Positions 59,101 to 64,000 of a stretch of DNA of 64,000 nucleotides are shown here, in pieces. The notes below the pieces were generated by a model. That model saw only the letters and a list, made by a program, of their open reading frames with translations. It was not told where the DNA came from and ran no database searches. Each line of letters starts with the position of its first letter. The first letter of the stretch is position 1. The position numbers were made by a program, and so were the translations under genes. The DNA comes from Alphaproteobacteria bacterium (GTDB lineage Bacteria; Pseudomonadota; Alphaproteobacteria; MPNO01; UBA830): the NCBI GenBank assembly GCA_965243135.1, contig OZ251539.1:4192001-4256000 (forward strand), given 5' to 3'.

Positions 59101-60620
59101 ACATCTATTCGATCGAGGATCTCGCCCAGCTGATCTACGATCTGAAGCAGATCAACCCGGACGCCAAGGTCTGCGTGAAGCTCGTCGCCCAGACCGGCAT
59201 CGGCACGATCGCGGCGGGCGTCGCCAAGGCGCACGCCGACACCATCCTCGTGTCGGGGCACTCCGGCGGCACCGGCGCCAGCCCGCAGTCTTCCATCAAG
59301 TATGCCGGGCTGCCGTGGGAAATGGGCCTTTCGGAGGTCCACCAGGTGCTGACTCTCAATCAGTTGCGACACCGCGTGGTGCTGCGGGTCGACGGCGGCT
59401 TCCGGACCGGTCGCGACGTCGTCGTCGCGGCGCTTCTCGGCGCCGAGGAGTTCGGGATCGGCACGGCTTCCCTGATCGCGATGGGCTGCATCATGGTGCG
59501 CCAGTGCCATTCCAACACCTGTCCCGTCGGAGTCTGCACGCAGGACGGCAGGCTGCGCGAAAAGTTCGTCGGCACGCCGGAAAAGGTGATGAACCTGTTC
59601 AGTTTCGTCGCCGAAGAGGTCCGCGAGATCCTGGCCCTCCTCGGCGCCCGGTCGATCAAGGAGATCATCGGCCACACCGAACTCCTCATGCAGGTGGGCC
59701 GGGGCAGCGCTCATCTGGACGATCTGGATCTGAATCCGCTCCTCGTCCAGGCGGATCCCGGCGACCATGCGCACTACTGCACGATCGACGGCCGCAACGC
59801 GGTGCCGGACACGCTCGACGCGCGGATGATCAAGGACGCCCGCCCGGCGCTGGAAGGCGGAGAAAAAACCCAGTTGCAGTACAACGTGCGCAACGTGCAG
59901 CGGGCCATCGGCACGAGGCTTTCGTCGCTGATCACCCACCGCTTCGGCATGCAAGGCCTGCAGCCGGGCCATATCTCGGTGCGGTTGCGCGGCTCGGCCG
60001 GCCAGTCGCTGGGCGCTTTTCTCGTCCAGGGACTCAAACTCGAGGTTCTCGGCGACGCGAACGACTACGTGGGCAAAGGCCTTTCCGGCGGAACCATCGT
60101 GGTCCGCCCGCCGATCGCCGCGCCCCGCAAGTCGAACGAAAACACCATCGTCGGGAACACCGTCCTGTACGGCGCGACCGGCGGCAAGCTGTTCGCCGCC
60201 GGCCAGGCGGGCGAGCGGTTCGCGGTCCGGAACTCGGGCGCGGAGGTCGTGGTCGAGGGCTGCGGCTCGAACGGCTGCGAATACATGACCAATGGCATCG
60301 CCGTTATTCTGGGACCGGTCGGCGACAATTTCGCGGCGGGCATGACCGGCGGGATGGCGTTCGCATACGATCCCGACGGCAGTTTCGAGGACAGGGTCAA
60401 TCGGGACACGGTGATTTACCAGCGGATTCAGACGCCCTACTGGGAAGGCGTGCTCAGGAAGGCGGTCGAGGAGCACCGGCGCGAAACCCAGTCGGCCTTT
60501 GCGGAACGGATGCTCAATCACTGGAACACGGAAGTGGGCCGCTTCTGGCAGATCGTGCCCAAGGAAATGGTCGATCGTTACGAGAAGCCCGTTTTCGCTC
60601 CCGCGGAAATGCGGGCGTAG
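56121..60620 (+). CDS. gltB: Glutamate synthase large subunit
   Basis: CGVG (Ntn Cys), HQRYSTNT, QIASGRFGV, QGAKPGEGG, CHSNTCPVG. Confidence 0.97.
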   Translation: MNFAERYRRNAALLRGAACLDVEERDSCGVGLVAAIDGRPGRNVVDAGIAALQALWHRGAVDADGMTGDGAGIMVEIPQDFFRSHVGRTGHRAGDGPIAVGMTFLPRTDLEAQERCRRIVETEIMKTGYNIYGWRQVPIDLSALGEKATATRPEIEQIMIEGPAGADREKFETDLYVIRKKIEGQALEAHIRDFYICSLSCRSLIYKGMFLAEQLSAFYPDLLDESFVSRFALYHQRYSTNTFPTWRLAQPFRMLAHNGEINTLSGNVNWMRSHETRLGGERFGPRLEDLTPVVAPGNSDSASLDNVFELLVRGGRSAPMAKSLMIPEACGESAELRDFYNYCNCVMEPWDGPAAVAATDGRWVLGGMDRNGLRPMRYTVTVDGLLIVGSESGMVPLRETEIAEKGRLGPGQMIAVDLDEGKLYHDAEIKRSLASSKPFGEWASNITPIDDLIRPETTATPVYENDELRRRQVAAGYTLEEIELLLQPMVEEAKEAIGSMGDDTPLAVLSGQYRGLHHFFRQSFSQVTNPPIDSLREYRVMSLKTRLGNLGNILDEDESQTRLLQLDSPVVLNAAFQAMRDYMGESAVEIDCTFRPESHEFSLRRAIYKIQRIAEDAVRGGAAHLVLTDENVGRNRAGIPMILATGAVHAHLISEGLRTYASINVKSAECMDVHYFAVLIGVGASTVNAYLAQETIIDRHRRGLFGGMSLRDSVRRYREAVDQGLLKVMSKMGISIVSSYRGAYKFEAVGLSRWLVNSYFPGMTSRISGIGLTGLQRKISELHARAFRQDLAALPVGGIYRFRKSGEAHGFEGSQIHLLQNAVATDSFAAYKKYAEAVRRAPPISLRDLMDFDPKREPASIDEVESITEIRKRLVSPGISLGALSPEAHETLSIAMNRIGAKSDSGEGGEDPLRYKLRPNGDNPSSAIKQIASGRFGVTAEYLNNCREIEIKIAQGAKPGEGGQLPGIKVSEMIAKLRHSTPGVTLISPPPHHDIYSIEDLAQLIYDLKQINPDAKVCVKLVAQTGIGTIAAGVAKAHADTILVSGHSGGTGASPQSSIKYAGLPWEMGLSEVHQVLTLNQLRHRVVLRVDGGFRTGRDVVVAALLGAEEFGIGTASLIAMGCIMVRQCHSNTCPVGVCTQDGRLREKFVGTPEKVMNLFSFVAEEVREILALLGARSIKEIIGHTELLMQVGRGSAHLDDLDLNPLLVQADPGDHAHYCTIDGRNAVPDTLDARMIKDARPALEGGEKTQLQYNVRNVQRAIGTRLSSLITHRFGMQGLQPGHISVRLRGSAGQSLGAFLVQGLKLEVLGDANDYVGKGLSGGTIVVRPPIAAPRKSNENTIVGNTVLYGATGGKLFAAGQAGERFAVRNSGAEVVVEGCGSNGCEYMTNGIAVILGPVGDNFAAGMTGGMAFAYDPDGSFEDRVNRDTVIYQRIQTPYWEGVLRKAVEEHRRETQSAFAERMLNHWNTEVGRFWQIVPKEMVDRYEKPVFAPAEMRA

Positions 60621-61151
60621 CGCCGACGTTTTCCGGTCTCGCCGCCGCGCCTTCATTCTCGCGCCGCCGTCCCGCCGCCGCGGGGAAGCGCTGGATCGAA
60701 CGACGCGCCGCTCCGCAAGGCGCGCGACCGCCCCGGCTTCCTGATTTCCGCGAGTTTCCCTCCTGCCTCGCGAGGCGGGACCGACCCTGCCGTATTCTTC
60801 GATGGCCGGGCGGCGAAACGCGCTTGCGGCGGCCGGCGACTCGAGCCGCTCGCGGACCTCGACGCCCAATGTCTCCGTCGCCTCGCCCCGGTTCGACACG
60901 CGAGCGGGGCCGCCTGCCTCTTCGAACCCCTCCGGTTCTTGCGGCCGTTCCGTCCGCCGCTCCTCCAATGCCGGACAAGGCGCGCAGACCGGCCGGCCGT
61001 CAACGACCCGCGCTTCAGGCGTCGCTTGACAAGATTCCGCTTACCCGCAACGCTTTAGCGACTGCGCGAATCGGTCGGTTCGGCATTCATGCGCAGGACA
61101 GCCTAATCCCGACCAGTCGCCGCCCCCGAGCGCGCGATTCGCGGAGCCGTC

Positions 61152-61571
61152 ATGATCAGGGTGAACGACGAAATTTCGATCCGGGACGACGAGATCTTCG
61201 AAAGCTTCATTCGCTCCGATGGACCCGGCGGCCAGAACGTCAACAAGGTCTCGACGGCCGTGCAGCTGCGTTTCGACGCGCGCCGCTCGCCGTCCCTGCC
61301 TCCCGACGTCGGGAAACGCCTCGCGCGTCTCGCCGGGTCGAGACTGACCCGGGACGGGGAAATCGTGATTACGGCCAGACGCCACCGCACCCGCGAGGCG
61401 AACCGCAGGGACGCCCTCGCCCGCCTCGTCGACCTGATCGCGAGGGCGGCGGTTCCGCCCCGGAAACGCGTGCCGACGCGGCCGAGTCGCGCGACGGTCC
61501 GCCGCCGACTCGAGGACAAGGCGAAACGGGCGCAAGTCAAGCGCCTGCGGCAGGCCGATCCGGAAGAATGA
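61152..61571 (+). CDS. arfB: Alternative ribosome rescue peptidyl-tRNA hydrolase
   Basis: GPGGQNVNKVSTAVQLRF and a basic C-terminal tail. Confidence 0.93.
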   Translation: MIRVNDEISIRDDEIFESFIRSDGPGGQNVNKVSTAVQLRFDARRSPSLPPDVGKRLARLAGSRLTRDGEIVITARRHRTREANRRDALARLVDLIARAAVPPRKRVPTRPSRATVRRRLEDKAKRAQVKRLRQADPEE

Positions 61572-61772
61572 CCGGCGACCGGCTGCGGGGCGACGTCGCC
61601 GCCGAAAACGTTGCGCCACGCCGGGGGCCGACGGCCGGGATTGCCGCCGAACCGGCCTGCCTGAAGCCGACTTGCGAGACGCAAAGGCGAAACCGACGAT
61701 TCCCGCCGGGTTCCGCGCGACGAGGCGGCGGCGAAGGACGGCTGCGCGAGGCCGGCGTCCCGCCTCCGCGAG

Positions 61773-62948
61773 TTATTCCGCCGCCGCCACGGCGGGCGTC
61801 GAAACGCCGAGATGCCGCACCTTCGGAATCACCTCGGCGGCGAATATGCGCAGATTTTTTTCCGTGAGCTCCGCGGGAAGCGTTCCGAACTGAAGCATCG
61901 GGGCGATGTTGCCGAAACCCATTTCCGCCTGGCAGGCCTCCAGTTTCTCGACGACCGTCGACGGACTGCCGCACAGGAACATGCCGTTCTCGATCAGCGC
62001 CGCGGCGCTCAGATAGCCTTCCCGCACCTTGTACTTCGCCTCCATGACGGACCGGTAGCTCGAAAGCGAAGAATAGCCCGGCGGCAACTTGTACTGCGCG
62101 GGAGACTTGATGAACTTGTTGAACAGGGATTCGATGTGCGGTCCGGCCTCGGCGCGAGCGATGTCGTCCGTTTCCGCCACGTAGGCGGGCATCGCCCAGC
62201 CGAGCTGCTCGGGCGGGCAGACGTACCCGTACTCATCGCATTGATCCCGGTACGCTTGAAGATTTCGGCGCACCGAAGCCAACGGACTGAACGTGATGAC
62301 GTAGGTGTACCTGCGGTCCGGGTGAGCGGCGAACGCGATCGTTTCGGTCGAACCCTGCGACGGAATCCAGATCGGCGGGTGCGGCGCCTGCCAGGGGCGC
62401 GGCCACAGATTCACGTACTGGAAATGATAATGCTTGCCGAAAAACTCGAACGGTCCGGGCTCGGTCCAGGCGCGCACGATCAGGTCGTGCGCTTCCCGGA
62501 ACCGCTCGTGGCTGAATCCGGGGTTGGTCATCGACGCGTGATATTCGCAGCCGATGCCCCGCACGAATCCGGCGATGAAGCGGCCTTCCGCGAGATTGTC
62601 GATCATCGCGAATTCTTCGGCGATGCTCAGGGGATTGGCGACGATCGGCAACGCCCGGCCTATGACTCCGATCGACGCCCGCTCCAGCCGCCGCGCCAAG
62701 GCGCCCGCCAGGACATTGGGCGCCGGCATCATGCCGTAGGCCGTCTGATGATGCTCGTTCACGCAGACTCCGTCGAATCCGAGCGCGTCCGCGAGTTCGA
62801 GTTCGTCGAGATAACGGTGATAAAGTCTGGCACCCTTCCTGGGATCGTAGTACCGGTTCGGAAGGTTGATCCACGCCGATTTGTTGGTGTCGAGAAAATC
62901 CGGGTCGATCGCGCCGTACGGCATCAGATGGAAGAAATGAAACTTCAT
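61773..62948 (-). CDS. LLM-class (luciferase-like) flavin-dependent oxidoreductase
   Basis: ADALGFDGVCVNEHH, AEEFAMID..GRFIAG..RG, PRPWQAPHPPIW, FAAEVIP. Confidence 0.9.
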   Translation of the reverse strand: MKFHFFHLMPYGAIDPDFLDTNKSAWINLPNRYYDPRKGARLYHRYLDELELADALGFDGVCVNEHHQTAYGMMPAPNVLAGALARRLERASIGVIGRALPIVANPLSIAEEFAMIDNLAEGRFIAGFVRGIGCEYHASMTNPGFSHERFREAHDLIVRAWTEPGPFEFFGKHYHFQYVNLWPRPWQAPHPPIWIPSQGSTETIAFAAHPDRRYTYVITFSPLASVRRNLQAYRDQCDEYGYVCPPEQLGWAMPAYVAETDDIARAEAGPHIESLFNKFIKSPAQYKLPPGYSSLSSYRSVMEAKYKVREGYLSAAALIENGMFLCGSPSTVVEKLEACQAEMGFGNIAPMLQFGTLPAELTEKNLRIFAAEVIPKVRHLGVSTPAVAAAE

Positions 62949-63730
62949 GACGCGCCTCCGTTCGCATGCGAAGCGACGCCGGCAAAGAAGGCGTCGGTCT
63001 TTTCCTGCTGAGGCAGGTGTCCGCAGTCCGGGATGATCGTCAGCCGCGATCCCGGAACGAGATCCCGCAGGGCTTCGCCGTAAGCCGGCGGGAAAATCCG
63101 GTCCGAATCTCCCCACAAGATCAGAGTCGGGATCCTTATCCTGTGCAGCCATTTGCGGAGTTCGGGATTGTAGAAGCGCGGATGCCAGGCCAGTTTGGCC
63201 GTCGCGAAATGGTTCTTGAGCGCGATTTCCTTCTCTTCCTCCGTCGGCTCTTTCGCAAGCCGGGCTTTCGCGAGCGCGGAATCGAAAAACGTGTTGTAGG
63301 CCCGCTCTTCTTCGTCCCAGAGGAAGATGTCCCCCTTGGGAACCCCGTCGAGATGGATGCCGGCGGCCGAAACGAGCGTCAGCGTCTCGATGCGGGCGGT
63401 CGAACGCACCGCGATTTCCAGCGCCAGCCATCCGCCGAGAGAATTGCCGACCAAATGCACCTTTTCTCCGGCGAGGGACTCAAGGTAATCCAGATAGAAG
63501 TAGGCGAGGTCGCCCATTCCGTCGAGCCAGTCGGGCGTCTGCGAACGTCCGAAGCCGGGATGGCTGGGAACGCGCAAGCTGTAACGCTCGGCCAGCCGAT
63601 CCATGTACGGCATCCAGCCGGCGGCGCCGCCGGCGCCGTGAAGGAAGACAAGCGGCGGGCCGCTGCCGCCCGACAGAACCTCGATCTCGCAACCTGCAAT
63701 CGCTACCCGTTCCGATCTGTGCGCGACCAT
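62945..63730 (-). CDS. Alpha/beta fold hydrolase
   Basis: FLHGAGG, PGFGRS, GNSLGG nucleophile elbow, WGDSD, CGHLP. Confidence 0.9.
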   Translation of the reverse strand: MVAHRSERVAIAGCEIEVLSGGSGPPLVFLHGAGGAAGWMPYMDRLAERYSLRVPSHPGFGRSQTPDWLDGMGDLAYFYLDYLESLAGEKVHLVGNSLGGWLALEIAVRSTARIETLTLVSAAGIHLDGVPKGDIFLWDEEERAYNTFFDSALAKARLAKEPTEEEKEIALKNHFATAKLAWHPRFYNPELRKWLHRIRIPTLILWGDSDRIFPPAYGEALRDLVPGSRLTIIPDCGHLPQQEKTDAFFAGVASHANGGAS

Positions 63731-63831
63731 GCCGCTCTCCAAGTCAAGCCGCTTGCCTTATGCCCGACGGGTCATCGCGGCGCAAGGTTCGCCCGCCGTC
63801 GCCCGCCGGCGGAATCCGGGAGGCAGGCCCG

Positions 63832-64000
63832 CTAATTCTCCGCAACCCGGCGGCCGATCGCGCTTACCGCCGCGTGCGCCCCCAGCACGGCGCCTTCCTG
63901 CCAGCCGGGCAAGGCGGTAACCTGGTCGCCGGCGAAATAGATCGCTCCGTCGGGCTTGCGAAGTTCCTCCGGCACTTTTCCGCTTTCAGGCCAAGCGCCC
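63832..64000 (-). CDS. Flavin monoamine/amino-acid oxidase family, C-terminal fragment (runs off the window)
   Basis: PDGAIYFAGDQVTALPGWQEGAV, the C-terminal FAD-binding motif. Confidence 0.7.
   Translation of the reverse strand, partial: GAWPESGKVPEELRKPDGAIYFAGDQVTALPGWQEGAVLGAHAAVSAIGRRVAEN

Noticed and set aside
61773-63730. LLM oxidoreductase plus hydrolase as a bioluminescence or novel pathway locus
   Set aside because: No luxCDE; generic LLM/hydrolase pairs are common catabolic genes and the substrate cannot be inferred.

Overview
GC-rich alphaproteobacterial chromosome segment. Gene order resembles Rhodospirillales (inference). The backbone is housekeeping: tRNA-Ser(CGA); rplU-rpmA-obgE-proB-proA-nadD-rsfS-rlmH-gpmI-ctpA-rppH; amtB; the F1 ATP synthase operon; priA; transaldolase-DUF484-xerC; mdh-sucCD-sucAB; rsmE-gshA; tldD; galE; uppP; gltDB; arfB. 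Four accessory patches interrupt it: about 1-1300, 11030-18900, 34500-37700 and 41800-43750. The main signal is two orphan nitrile-hydratase-leader (NHLP) RiPP precursor genes, at 332-727 (Ser/Thr-rich core) and 17935-18330 (Cys-rich core). No maturase or transporter gene is recognisable in the window. Each precursor lies next to a copy of the same unannotated non-coding element, which carries an outward-facing sigma70-like promoter and ends in TCGGAGTYGATAGCGGG. That end motif occurs four times: two copies bracket the first precursor as direct repeats, and two bracket a 6.4-kb cargo island (11044-17454) as inverted repeats. The island holds a truncated toxin-antitoxin pair, an IS4 element whose transposase is fused to a DUF4338 (DruA/Mom-like) domain, and a decayed HEPN-DUF499 gene. 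All family assignments come from motif recognition by eye; no database searches were run.
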